Of a DNA stretch of 64,000 nucleotides, positions 10,061-19,913 are shown piece after piece. Position numbers and translations under genes: made by a program. Position 1 is the stretch's first letter; each line of letters begins with the position of its first letter. This DNA is from Acidimicrobiia bacterium (GTDB lineage Bacteria > Actinomycetota > Acidimicrobiia > Spongiisociales > Spongiisociaceae): positions 18,715 through 82,714 of the forward strand of contig JBFGLM010000019.1 in NCBI GenBank assembly GCA_041576165.1, in the 5' to 3' direction. The notes beneath the pieces were generated by a model that saw only the letters and a program-made list of their open reading frames with translations, did not search any database and had not been told where the DNA came from.

Positions 10061-11200
10061 TCATCGTGCCAACGAGTCAGTGAGCGCATCCACCATCTCA
10101 ATCGAGACATGGTGCCCGTTGCCGACGTACAGGCCGCACTCGTGGATGTGATCCGCCACGGGAGAGGCTCCCCCGTAGGGGCGCAAACCGTACTCCGCCG
10201 CAAATGGCTGGCGCAAAAGGTTGCCCGCCACCACTGGGCGGCTCTCTATGTCCAGCTTGGCGACGACCTCGACGACCCCGGCGGCTGCTGCCTGGTCCCG
10301 GGCGATCAGCGGGAGCGCGAACGAGCTCATGCCATCGGTTCGGTAGTCGGTCCACAACCACGCCGGGGCAGTATCCAGAAAATGTGCCATGTTCCGATTC
10401 CGAACGCCGATGCGCTCGTCGAGACGCTCGAGCTGACGCAGGCCCAAGAACGCGTTGACTTCGGTTGAACGGAAGTTGAGGCCCGCCGAGACGAACAGGA
10501 AGCGGGCGTCGTGGTTGGGATGCGCTGACGAATGTGCGGCGTATCGGGTTGTTTCGCGGGCCAACCCATGTCCCCGCATCAGTCGAAGCTCTTCGGCCAA
10601 CTCCGGCTCGTTGGTGGAGATCATGCCCCCTTCGATGGTGGACATGTGGTGCCCGTAGTAGAACGAGAAGGTCGAGCCCAGACCGAAAGTGCCGACTTTG
10701 TCGGAACCGTGGCGGGCGCCATGAGCTTCACAGCAGTCCTCGAGGACAACGACGTTGTGGCGATGGGCCGCTTCCAGCACCTCGTCGGTGAGGGCATCGA
10801 GCCCGAGAAGATGAGTGACAAACAAGATGTCGATCTCATCGTGCTCGATGGCCGCCAGCACCTGCTGGGCATCCACTCCCAGGGTTTGGCGATCGACATC
10901 GAAGACCACGACTTCGTGCCCCAGCAGCAGCGACGGCGTGACGTTGGTGCTCCATGTGACTGCGGCCACCCCGACCCGGGGCCGGCGCGACAAACGGCGG
11001 GCGACGGTGGCGACAAGCGCAAAGTTGGCCGTGGTACCCGAGCTGACGAAGACGGAATCGGTGACCCCCAACCATGCCGACCACTGACGCTCGAACTCCC
11101 ACACGAGCTCACCCTGAGTGAGTCGCTGGTGCGTACGGAGCCACGAGGCCAGGGCGTCGACATCGTCTTCGGTGACCGTATCGCTAGCTAGTCGCCACAT
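10061..11200 (-). CDS. PLP-dependent DegT-family enzyme with His at the Schiff-base position; probable GDP-4-keto-6-deoxymannose 3-dehydratase (ColD-like)
   Basis: [10 protein letters not shown]; [15 protein letters not shown] (HH instead of xK); no E1-type Cys-rich Fe-S insert; lies between fcl-like and gmd. Confidence 0.72.
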   Translation of the reverse strand: MWRLASDTVTEDDVDALASWLRTHQRLTQGELVWEFERQWSAWLGVTDSVFVSSGTTANFALVATVARRLSRRPRVGVAAVTWSTNVTPSLLLGHEVVVFDVDRQTLGVDAQQVLAAIEHDEIDILFVTHLLGLDALTDEVLEAAHRHNVVVLEDCCEAHGARHGSDKVGTFGLGSTFSFYYGHHMSTIEGGMISTNEPELAEELRLMRGHGLARETTRYAAHSSAHPNHDARFLFVSAGLNFRSTEVNAFLGLRQLERLDERIGVRNRNMAHFLDTAPAWLWTDYRTDGMSSFALPLIARDQAAAAGVVEVVAKLDIESRPVVAGNLLRQPFAAEYGLRPYGGASPVADHIHECGLYVGNGHHVSIEMVDALTDSLAR

Positions 11201-12107
11201 GGTCCCGATACCAGTCGACAGTGGATTTAAGCCCCTCACCCAGACCGGTCTCGATCGCCGGCCACGCCGGAATGAGCGAGCGCAGTCGAGCGGCCGATAC
11301 GTCCTTGCGGATCTGGCCATCGGGCCCACTGCCCGAGAACAGCACCTCGCCTGTGAAGCCGACAGCGTCTGCGGCCATGGCGGCCAGCTGCCGGATCGAA
11401 TGCTGACGGGCGGGTGCCACGTTGAGGGACACGTTCAGCGCCGGCCCGCCGGCGATCTTCGCGACGAGCGCGGCGAGATCCTGGACATACACGTATTGGC
11501 GCAAAGCGATTCCGGTGCCGAAGAACTCGACCTTGTCTTCGCCGGCTACCCGGGCGCGTTCGGTTTTGTCGATAGCGGCCGCCAGAAAATGGCTGCTCTC
11601 TTCCCCGAAGTGGTCGCCGGGACCATAGAGGTTGGCCGGGATCAGAGCCGTGTACGGGACGCCGTATTGTCCGTGGAGCGCTTGGGTTCCGTGCCACAGA
11701 GCACGCTTGGCCGCGGCGTACGCGGCGTTGGTCGGCGGGGGCGGACCCGCCTCGATCATGTCTTCGTTCAGGGGATAGTGGTCGTCGGCCAGCCGGTCTG
11801 GGTACATGCACGTCGACAGCATTGAGATCAGGTGCTGGGGCCGGTGTCGTCGCAGAGCGTTCAGGATGTTGGCGTCGATCCGGAGATTGTCGATGAAGAA
11901 GTCCGCCTGTCGGGCGATGTTGGCGGTGATCCCACCAACCCTAGCGGCCAGGTGCACCACGGTTGCCGGGCGCCACTCGTCAAAGGCGTCATCGACCGCC
12001 TTGCTGTCGGTGAGGTCGAGGTCAGTCGACGAGAGTGCGCGCGCTTCGGGAAGCTGGGCGGAGACGGCGCGCCCGAGGAAACCGCTGCCGCCTGTGATGA
12101 GAAGCAC
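11184..12107 (-). CDS. GDP-L-fucose synthase / GDP-colitose synthase (Fcl/ColC)-like epimerase-reductase
   Basis: TGGSGFLG, HLAARVGGITAN, LSTCMYP, YAAAK, PANLYGPGD, SHFLAA. Confidence 0.88.
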   Translation of the reverse strand: MLLITGGSGFLGRAVSAQLPEARALSSTDLDLTDSKAVDDAFDEWRPATVVHLAARVGGITANIARQADFFIDNLRIDANILNALRRHRPQHLISMLSTCMYPDRLADDHYPLNEDMIEAGPPPPTNAAYAAAKRALWHGTQALHGQYGVPYTALIPANLYGPGDHFGEESSHFLAAAIDKTERARVAGEDKVEFFGTGIALRQYVYVQDLAALVAKIAGGPALNVSLNVAPARQHSIRQLAAMAADAVGFTGEVLFSGSGPDGQIRKDVSAARLRSLIPAWPAIETGLGEGLKSTVDWYRDHVATS

Positions 12108-12194
12108 GAAGTCCTCGCTGAAGATTGAACAAGAGGGTCGGGCCGGAGATTAGCCGCCGCGAACGCTCGCTCAGTCGCAGCCCCCTGGTACGTA

Positions 12195-12554
12195 TTGATT
12201 CGCCGCGAAGCCGGGGGACCGCTTGCCCCGTCGGTCATCGCGGAGCGGATGGTTGTGAGCCGTGCCACAGTGACCGGAATCGTGTCGACCCTGGAGAAGC
12301 GACGCCTGGTGACGCGGCGGCCTCATCCGGTTGACGGCAGGTCGCAACTGGTTGGCATCACCGCCAAAGGTCGGCGGCGCACCAGGGAGTTTCTGGAGGC
12401 GTTGCACCAGGTCGACCGCCAGATCATGAATTCCGTGAGCGAAAATGAGCAGGCGATGTTCTTGTCGTCGTTGGCGCGCATCCAAGCAAACACTCCCACC
12501 GTCGACGTACCACTGCCGCTGGCGCAGTCGGGCGAATGGCGCCGCGGGTCCTAG
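12195..12554 (+). CDS. MarR-family regulator (appears N-terminally short)
   Basis: PSVIAERMVVSRATVTGIVSTLEKRRLVTRRPHPVDGRS: MarR wHTH with DxR wing motif. Confidence 0.7.
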   Translation: MIRREAGGPLAPSVIAERMVVSRATVTGIVSTLEKRRLVTRRPHPVDGRSQLVGITAKGRRRTREFLEALHQVDRQIMNSVSENEQAMFLSSLARIQANTPTVDVPLPLAQSGEWRRGS

Positions 12555-12681
12555 CCGAACGCCACCACGCCGGGAGGCTCGGCGGCTTGCTGCCGGTGGA
12601 AGAGGTGAGACACCGCAAACGTCAGGCTCACCCACCGGGCATTTCGATATTGTGGCCGGGCGATCCTCGAAGGACATTGCT

Positions 12682-13968
12682 GTGGAGCTGATCACGCGAG
12701 AGATCAGGCTGCTGTTCTGGGCGATTCTTGGAGTGATTGTCCCGTTCGGGCTGTTGCTCTATCTCGTGCCGGGGAGCACCGGCCGCTACTGGGCCTGGGA
12801 AATCTCGGCCTTGGAGTCGGCGATTCTGATAGGGGCCGGGTATCTGGGAGCGGTCGTCTATTACGTACTCGCGCTGCGTCGTAACGACTGGCTCCAGGTC
12901 CGGAACGGGATGGGAGGTCTCGTCGTCTTCAGTGCGGTGTTGTTGGTGGCCACCGCCCTTCACTGGGAGCAGTTCCGGTCGTACCACATCACGACCCTCG
13001 TCTGGCTCGCCTTCTATTACGGCGGGCTGTTGCTGGTCCCCATCTTCTGTCGCACCCAGGCCCCGGCCGCAGGGCGGACTGAGATCCCCGAGGCGGAGAC
13101 CGGACCGCTGCTGGCGGGTGGATGGCGGACGTGGCTGGCGGTGCGCGGGTTCCTCTATCTCGGCTTGGCGTTTGGCTTGCTGATATGGGCCGGGAGGGCC
13201 ACCGAGGCCTGGCCGTGGCCAATCGGTGAGTTGGAAGTGCGAGTGTTCGCAGGTCAGATCGCGGTAGTGGGGTGGAATGCAGTGGTCGTCGTCCAACAGC
13301 GAAGGCGCTGGGGCGATCATGTGCTCGGCTTGATTCTCACCGGAGTGATCGGTGTTCTCCAGCTCGTCGGCCTGGCATTCGCCGCCACCACGTACCGGTG
13401 GTCGGCGGATCTGTCGATCATGCTGGTGCTGATGTTCGCTGAATGGGTGGCGACGCCGGCACTGTTGTTGCGGCGCTACGGACTTGGTGATGGGTCCAGA
13501 ATCCCGCCGGAACCGGCCCGGCCAGGTGCGGATCGAGCGCAAGATGTGGCGCGTTTCGGGTTCTTGCTCATTGCGATCACGTACCTGGTGCTGGGCGTGC
13601 TGGGCTTCGCAGGTTTCGACGCTCTCAATCCGTTCGAGGATGCCGGGGTTGGCGCTCGTTACTTGCTGAATCTCATCGCGGTCAATGCCCTGCATAACGT
13701 GGTCCACGTCGGGATCGGCGTGACCGGGCTCCTGTTGTTGCGAGTCGCTTCCCGAACCTGGGCATTGGTCGCAGGTGCGGCCCTCATGGTCCTGTTCGTG
13801 GCCGGCATCATCCAGGCTGCGGTCGACGGTCTGCCCGGGGACCAACTGTTCCTGGGACTGGTGCCGCTCAACGCTCCTGGGCACATTTTGCACGTTGTCA
13901 CGGGTGCGCTGCTTCTCTACTTCGGGCTGACCTGGCGGGAGGATTCGAGCGTGGCGGCATCCGTCTGA
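12682..13968 (+). CDS. Multi-pass membrane protein with C-terminal DUF4383-like domain
   Basis: Two WxWxI-containing TM repeats, then VNALHNVVHVGIG and NAPGHILH. Confidence 0.6.
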   Translation: MELITREIRLLFWAILGVIVPFGLLLYLVPGSTGRYWAWEISALESAILIGAGYLGAVVYYVLALRRNDWLQVRNGMGGLVVFSAVLLVATALHWEQFRSYHITTLVWLAFYYGGLLLVPIFCRTQAPAAGRTEIPEAETGPLLAGGWRTWLAVRGFLYLGLAFGLLIWAGRATEAWPWPIGELEVRVFAGQIAVVGWNAVVVVQQRRRWGDHVLGLILTGVIGVLQLVGLAFAATTYRWSADLSIMLVLMFAEWVATPALLLRRYGLGDGSRIPPEPARPGADRAQDVARFGFLLIAITYLVLGVLGFAGFDALNPFEDAGVGARYLLNLIAVNALHNVVHVGIGVTGLLLLRVASRTWALVAGAALMVLFVAGIIQAAVDGLPGDQLFLGLVPLNAPGHILHVVTGALLLYFGLTWREDSSVAASV

Positions 13969-14058
13969 GAGGCGGCATGTCTCACCATCGCGCGTGTCGG
14001 TGACGGCGATCCCCAGGCTGATTTCGAGCTGGTTGAAAACGGGTAGCGTTGCCCGGCC

Positions 14059-15255
14059 ATGGCCGACCGCACGACCTACCCGACAATCTGGACCGCGCCC
14101 TTCATCCGGGTCTTCATCGCCGCGTTCGGCATGGAGGTGGCATGGGCGCTCACCATCCACCTCCCGCGCTTCTTTCACGACATCGGGGCGTCAGAGGGTC
14201 AGATCGGTTTGTTGTACTCGGTGGCGGCAGGGGCGGGGCTGGCTATGCGCCCCCTGGTGGGACGTCTCCTCGACGTCTGGGGTCGCAAGCCGCTGCTGGT
14301 GGCGGCCGCCATCACTGAGGTCGTATTCCTGGCCGCCTATCTGCTGGTGTCGGCGTTCGCTGCCCCTGCGTTCACGATCCGTGTGATCCAGGCATCGGCC
14401 CAACTGGTGATGTTCACCGCACTGTTCACATACGCTGCCGACGCGCTGCCGGCGGCCCGACGGGCACAGGGCTTGGCGTTGTTTGGCTTGACCGGCCTGA
14501 TACCGATCGGGCTCGGCGGAGCGCTCGGCGATGTCGTGATCGCGACCGGTGGCTTCACTGCCCTGTTCGTCTCGGCGGCGGCCGCCGCCGCGTTCGGTGC
14601 CACCGTGATGATCACGCTGCCTGTCCTGCAGACCGTTTCGCCAGACGACGAAGCGAGACGGTCGGTGTGGGCGGCCGCCATCCAGCGAGATCTGCTCCCC
14701 ATGTGGGTTCTGGGCCTGTCGTTTGCGATCGGCCTCGAGACCCTCTTTGTGTTCATGGCGACTTTCGTTCAGGAGTTTGATGTGGGCTCCGCTGGCCTCT
14801 ACTTCGTTGCGCATTCGGCCAGCGCGGTAACCGTGCGTCTGATTGGCAGCGGCTGGACCGATCGGTTTGGCTACCGCAGGGTGGTGACGCCCTCCATCGC
14901 TCTCTTCGCCACGGCGTTCCCCGCGCTGGCGTTCACCAACTCGGCCACTCTGCTGGTGTTCGCCGGAGTGCTGGCCGGCACTGGTCACGGGATCCTGTTT
15001 CCTGCGATCTCGTCTCAGATCGTGGCTCGCGCCCGCGCGGCGGAACGGGGGAGCGCCATCGCCGTTTTCACCGCCCTCTTCGACCTCGCTCTCCTGGCGG
15101 GGAGTCCGACGGTGGGCCGCATCATCGATACCGCCGGCTACCGCGCGGCGTTCCTCACAGTGGGAGGGATGATCGCGGCCGGGATCTTTGGCTTCGTCCT
15201 GTTGGACCGGCCGGCGGTGGTTGCGTCCCCGGTCGGATCCACCCGCGGCGCCTGA
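14059..15255 (+). CDS. MFS transporter
   Basis: GRLLDVWGRK and GWTDRFGYRR motif-A copies; about 12 TM segments. Confidence 0.88.
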   Translation: MADRTTYPTIWTAPFIRVFIAAFGMEVAWALTIHLPRFFHDIGASEGQIGLLYSVAAGAGLAMRPLVGRLLDVWGRKPLLVAAAITEVVFLAAYLLVSAFAAPAFTIRVIQASAQLVMFTALFTYAADALPAARRAQGLALFGLTGLIPIGLGGALGDVVIATGGFTALFVSAAAAAAFGATVMITLPVLQTVSPDDEARRSVWAAAIQRDLLPMWVLGLSFAIGLETLFVFMATFVQEFDVGSAGLYFVAHSASAVTVRLIGSGWTDRFGYRRVVTPSIALFATAFPALAFTNSATLLVFAGVLAGTGHGILFPAISSQIVARARAAERGSAIAVFTALFDLALLAGSPTVGRIIDTAGYRAAFLTVGGMIAAGIFGFVLLDRPAVVASPVGSTRGA

Positions 15256-15298
15256 CACGGCAGCGAGTCAACATTCAGTCCTGGATGCACCCTGGGCA

Positions 15299-16315
15299 TC
15301 ATGTTCCGAAGACCTCGGCCGAGTTCGTCTCGATCCAATCGTCGACCTTCTCCCACTGGCCGTACAGCCAGTCGACCAGGTCCGTGTGACCTGTCGGCCG
15401 TTCGTCCCGGCCGACGTGCCAGTAGGTGGCGCGAACCGTGCGCCGAATCGGCACTCGTTGCCACAGGTCCCGGAGCGTCAACAGATCGTCCAGCCCGACG
15501 TGCGCCACAAACGCAACACTGGCTTCCTGCGCTGCTCGCAGCGCCTCGATTGTCCCGCCGGTCCGTGGTGGTAGCACGTGGCGCATGTGCCGGGCCCGCT
15601 TCGCCCGGGCGTGCTGTCCTCGTGCCTCGAGCCGATCGATGGCGGCGTGATGACGGCTGGGCGTGTAGTTGCCGCCCTCAGGGAAGATGATCATCGCGCC
15701 GTCGGCTTCGATCGTCGCGGCAGCGCGGCTGACGGCGGCCAGCTCCATCTGTGAGTCCTTGGGGTTTTGCTCGCAGAAGTGGAAGGGCAGGCGCCGAGCG
15801 ATGTGGTTGAAGAACGGATCCCACAGCAGTTTGGTGGTCCCGAGCATCCGGAGCTTGCGCCGGTGGTCGCGCATGACCGAATGAGCCACCAGCAGGGAGT
15901 CGCCCGGCCCGGCGTGCCGGCATAGGACCAGCACCGGTCCTGGAACCGGAGTCTGACGCGGGAATTCGAACTCGAAGCCGATGAACGTCCGCAGGGCCCG
16001 CGTGATCAGCTCCAACCATGTGCGTAACACCCAGGAGTGGGCGCGCTGGACCGGCCCGGTCCGCATCCAGAGTCCGAAACCGCTCGCCACCCAGAGAATG
16101 AACGCCATGACGAGCCCGAACAGCTCCACCACGGAGAACGCGACGCCAAGGCCTCCGATGCGGGTGAAGCGCCAGTTGCGGCGGTCGATCAGGTCAGCTA
16201 TCCCCAAGAGCAGGTGGATGACTGGTGACAGCAGCGTCACCGTCAGCGAACCGACGAACGCCAGCGGGGTAACGGCCAGCGTCCGGACCAGCGGCGGCGG
16301 CACCTTCATGCCCAT
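15299..16315 (-). CDS. PlsC-family phospholipid/glycerol acyltransferase
   Basis: HAGPGD (HxxxxD), IFPEGG, VLPPRTGG. Confidence 0.82.
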   Translation of the reverse strand: MGMKVPPPLVRTLAVTPLAFVGSLTVTLLSPVIHLLLGIADLIDRRNWRFTRIGGLGVAFSVVELFGLVMAFILWVASGFGLWMRTGPVQRAHSWVLRTWLELITRALRTFIGFEFEFPRQTPVPGPVLVLCRHAGPGDSLLVAHSVMRDHRRKLRMLGTTKLLWDPFFNHIARRLPFHFCEQNPKDSQMELAAVSRAAATIEADGAMIIFPEGGNYTPSRHHAAIDRLEARGQHARAKRARHMRHVLPPRTGGTIEALRAAQEASVAFVAHVGLDDLLTLRDLWQRVPIRRTVRATYWHVGRDERPTGHTDLVDWLYGQWEKVDDWIETNSAEVFGT

Positions 16316-16374
16316 CCGGTGAAGCGTATCTCAGCTGGGCGGGGGAAGGGTGTGCCGGATCTAGGCTCTAGCGC

Positions 16375-17220
16375 ATGGAGTCGTTCGGTACCTCGAGAAC
16401 CGCATTCGTCCTCGGCGGCGGTGGGCTGCGTGGGGCGGTGGAGGTCGGCATGCTCCTGGCGCTCGCGGACGCGGGAGTACAGCCCGACATCATCGTTGGT
16501 ACGTCGATTGGTTCGTTCAACGGAGCACTGGTTGCCAGCATGCCCATGGGGGAGGCCACGAGGCGTCTGGAGCTCGCATGGCGCGACATCGCACAGCGAC
16601 GAATCTTGAACGAGAGTCTGATCGCACGCGCCGCCAACGTGGTACGGCATCGTATCCACCTGCATTCGAACGCGCCGCTACGCGCCATGTTCGAGGACTG
16701 GCTGCCGGTGCGCCGTTTTCGTGACACGCTGGTCCACTTCGAGTGCGTGGCGGCATGCATAGAAACATCTGCCGAATACTGGTTCCGCGACGGCTCGCTG
16801 GTCGACGCCATCCTCGCCTCGAGTGCCGTCCCCGGCCTGCTGCCACCGGTCGAGATCGATGGGCGACATTTCATTGACGGCGGTGTGGTCAACTCGATCC
16901 CGGTCTCACGAGCGGTGGAGCTGGGAGCGAGCGAGCTGTACGTGATGCATGTCGGGCATGTCGACGCCGCATTGCGAGTTCCGCGCCATGCGTGGGACGT
17001 CGCGTTCGTGGCGTTCGAGATCGCTCGCCGGCATCGATTCCACCGCGATATGAGAGAGCTCCCCGGGCACGTGACTGCCCATGTCTTGCCCACCGGTGAC
17101 GAAGAGCTCATGCGGTTCAATGATCCGGCCAAGCTGAGATACAACCATCGCACCTCGATCGAACGCGACATCGCACGGGCTCGCGCGGCCACGGCCGCAT
17201 ATCTCGCGGCCCGGGTGTGA
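16375..17220 (+). CDS. Patatin-like phospholipase
   Basis: GGGGLRG, GTSIG, DGG motifs. Confidence 0.9.
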   Translation: MESFGTSRTAFVLGGGGLRGAVEVGMLLALADAGVQPDIIVGTSIGSFNGALVASMPMGEATRRLELAWRDIAQRRILNESLIARAANVVRHRIHLHSNAPLRAMFEDWLPVRRFRDTLVHFECVAACIETSAEYWFRDGSLVDAILASSAVPGLLPPVEIDGRHFIDGGVVNSIPVSRAVELGASELYVMHVGHVDAALRVPRHAWDVAFVAFEIARRHRFHRDMRELPGHVTAHVLPTGDEELMRFNDPAKLRYNHRTSIERDIARARAATAAYLAARV

Positions 17221-17257
17221 CGGCCGGCGGGAGGCGGCCGGGGGCCCGATACCGTAC

Positions 17258-19618
17258 CTAGCCGCTGTGGGTTGTTGTGGAGTGACGGCGAGTGACAAGC
17301 AGATCATTACGCGCATAGTTCTCATCCAACGACGAGTAGAGCTCCTCCTCCTGGTCGAAATGGAGCCGCAAGATCGCATACAGGCTGTAGAGCAGCCGCC
17401 GGAGATCCCGGAAGTCGGCGGGCTCGGGGCCGGATTCGGGCAACGCTGCGAGCGTGCGGGTGTATACGTCGGTCAGATGGAAGATCTCCCGATGCGACCT
17501 ACTCATGCTGGCGAGAGGGTCTTCGCCGCCTAGCGCAGCTGCGATCTCTGGGTATATGACCCTCTCGTCCTCCATCTCGTGGGGGAGAATCTCTCGCTGC
17601 AGAAACTCACTCGTCCGCTGGAGCACCGCCAGTCGTTCTGCGGGAGCCATGCGGTCGAGTTCGTCCGCGGCCACGCGAATGGACTCGAGCTGCGGGATCA
17701 GCTCGTCATGTTCCAATCGCAGGCGCTTGGACAGGTCGAGTGGCAGCTTGGGCACGCCTTCACGCCGACTCTCGCCCCGCAAAGCTCGCAATGCGTTGGC
17801 AATCGCCACGACGTCGATGAGTTCCTGTGTGAGTGCCCCAGCGATAGGTGTGAGATAGCCGGCCGTCGCGACTGCCATCGCTAGGGCGGACAGTGTCATC
17901 CCGATGCCGACGCTCTGAATCGCAATCACACGAGAGCGGCGGGCGATGCGGATGCCGTCGACCAAGCGGTCTAGCCGATCGACCATCAGTACCACATCGG
18001 CTGCTTCGGAGGATGCAGTGGCGCCTCGGGCACCCATGGCTACGCCGACGTCGGCAGCGGCCAGCGCCGGAGCGTCATTGATACCGTCGCCAACCATTGC
18101 GGTCGTTCCTGTCGTACGTAACGCTTCGAGAGTTTCCACCTTCTCTGTGGGGGTGCATTCGGCCAGCACCTCGTCGATCCCGAGAGCGAGTCCCACTGAC
18201 TGAGCGACCTCAGGATGATCGCCGGTGGCCATCACGATATGCTCGACCCCTGTTCTGCGCAGCCGCCTGATCGCGGCTGCCGAGTCGTGGCGGATGACGT
18301 CGTCGAACGAAACGGCTGCTGCGACGACTCCGTCAACCGCGATGTACGTGCTGAGCGGCGCCATCCGCAACATGCGTCGTCGGTGGTGCTGCATGGCGTC
18401 GGGTTCCGGCCGGCCGCCGAGCACCCACGAGGGCTTACCAACGGCAACTGTGTGACCCTTCACCCTTCCGACGATCCCTCCACCCGCTTCCTCAAATGCC
18501 TCGTCCGGCAGGTGAAGCGCCAAACCCCGTCGCCGTGCCTCGGCGACGACGGCCCGGGCGAGCACATGAGTCGACACCTGCTCGACAGACGCGGCCAGCT
18601 GCAGTGTCTCGTCCAGATCGACTCCGTCGTGGAGGCCGGTCACGGACCGCGCCACCGGTTCACCCATCGTCAGTGTCCCCGTCTTGTCGAGGACCGCATT
18701 CTTGGCACGGGCCAGTGTCTCGAGCGGCGCCCCGCCTCGGAAGATGATTCCCTGTCTGGTCGCCCGTGACATCCCCGAAACGATTGCGATTGGTACCGCC
18801 AGCAGCAGCGGGCACGGGGTGGCCACCACCAACACCGCAAGAGCCCGGACCGGGTCGCCCGAGACGCCCCACGCCAGGGCGGCGACGGCGAGCGTCGCGG
18901 GTACGAACCACCCAGCCCACCTGTCGGCCAAGCGCACGACCGGCGCTCGGGACTTCTGCGCATCGCGCACCATCCTGATGATGCCGGCGTAAGTGCTCGT
19001 CTCGGCGGTAGACACAGCCTGCAGGTGAAACGCCCCGCCGGCGTTGACCGTCCCGCTCTGGACAACGTCGCCCGGCGGGTGTTCCACCGGCAGCGGTTCT
19101 CCGGTCAGCGCCGCCTCGTCTATGAGCGCCGGCGATTCGATGACTATGCCGTCGACCGGAATGACTTCGGCGGCCTTGATGAGAAGCTGATCGCCCGGCC
19201 CGATCTGGTCGAGAGGCACATTCTGCACATCGCCCGACATCAGCTTGTGGGCCTCCTGCGGGGCACGGGACAGCAGGGTGGTCAACTCACGTTCAGCGCG
19301 GCCGGCGGCGTACGCGTCGAGGAAGCGTCCGGTGGCGAGCATGAGTCCGATGACACTGGCCGCCAGGAACTCCCCGAGCAGCAGCGCGCCGACCACAGCA
19401 AGCAGCGCAATCACGTCGACCCCAGGTCGTCCCGCCCGCAACTCGGCCACTATGTCGCGGACGAGCCAGGTAAGCGGCGCCAATCCGGCGACCGCCCAGG
19501 CAACCTGGGCGAGTGACTGCAGCTCCGCTGCCCACAGCGCCCCACCAAGGGCGAGTGCAGCCCCAGTGACGGCCAGCATCCACGCGGCGCGACTGGTTGG
19601 TCTCCGCATCATCGTCAA
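17258..19618 (-). CDS. Heavy-metal P1B-type ATPase (P1B-5) with C-terminal hemerythrin-like domain
   Basis: LTGE, VATPCP, DKTGT, VGDGINDAP, QELID; C-terminal EHDEL...HEMEDE...HREI...HFDQEE. Exact start (19618 vs 19612) uncertain. Confidence 0.9.
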   Translation of the reverse strand: MTMMRRPTSRAAWMLAVTGAALALGGALWAAELQSLAQVAWAVAGLAPLTWLVRDIVAELRAGRPGVDVIALLAVVGALLLGEFLAASVIGLMLATGRFLDAYAAGRAERELTTLLSRAPQEAHKLMSGDVQNVPLDQIGPGDQLLIKAAEVIPVDGIVIESPALIDEAALTGEPLPVEHPPGDVVQSGTVNAGGAFHLQAVSTAETSTYAGIIRMVRDAQKSRAPVVRLADRWAGWFVPATLAVAALAWGVSGDPVRALAVLVVATPCPLLLAVPIAIVSGMSRATRQGIIFRGGAPLETLARAKNAVLDKTGTLTMGEPVARSVTGLHDGVDLDETLQLAASVEQVSTHVLARAVVAEARRRGLALHLPDEAFEEAGGGIVGRVKGHTVAVGKPSWVLGGRPEPDAMQHHRRRMLRMAPLSTYIAVDGVVAAAVSFDDVIRHDSAAAIRRLRRTGVEHIVMATGDHPEVAQSVGLALGIDEVLAECTPTEKVETLEALRTTGTTAMVGDGINDAPALAAADVGVAMGARGATASSEAADVVLMVDRLDRLVDGIRIARRSRVIAIQSVGIGMTLSALAMAVATAGYLTPIAGALTQELIDVVAIANALRALRGESRREGVPKLPLDLSKRLRLEHDELIPQLESIRVAADELDRMAPAERLAVLQRTSEFLQREILPHEMEDERVIYPEIAAALGGEDPLASMSRSHREIFHLTDVYTRTLAALPESGPEPADFRDLRRLLYSLYAILRLHFDQEEELYSSLDENYARNDLLVTRRHSTTTHSG

Positions 19619-19913
19619 TTCTCATTTGGAGCCTTCGGTCCGATAAGGGCCGTTGGTCCACGCCTCGCGGCCGACACGCCCTGATCCTCTCACCCGGCCC
19701 GCAGAGACCAGTCGGGCCTCGCCAACTGCGGCTGGCAAGCCGGTGACCTCAACCGACCCGGCACCCGCTCGCCCCGGTGGGCCGCCACCTGCTCGAACTA
19801 TTACGGCCCGCAATCGGCGTTGCCCGAAGTGACAGAATGCTGTAGCCCGCGCCGGATCACCGTGGCAGCCTGAGCTCAGAGACCGGGCTGCAACGGGGTG
19901 AAAGGAGCGGTGT

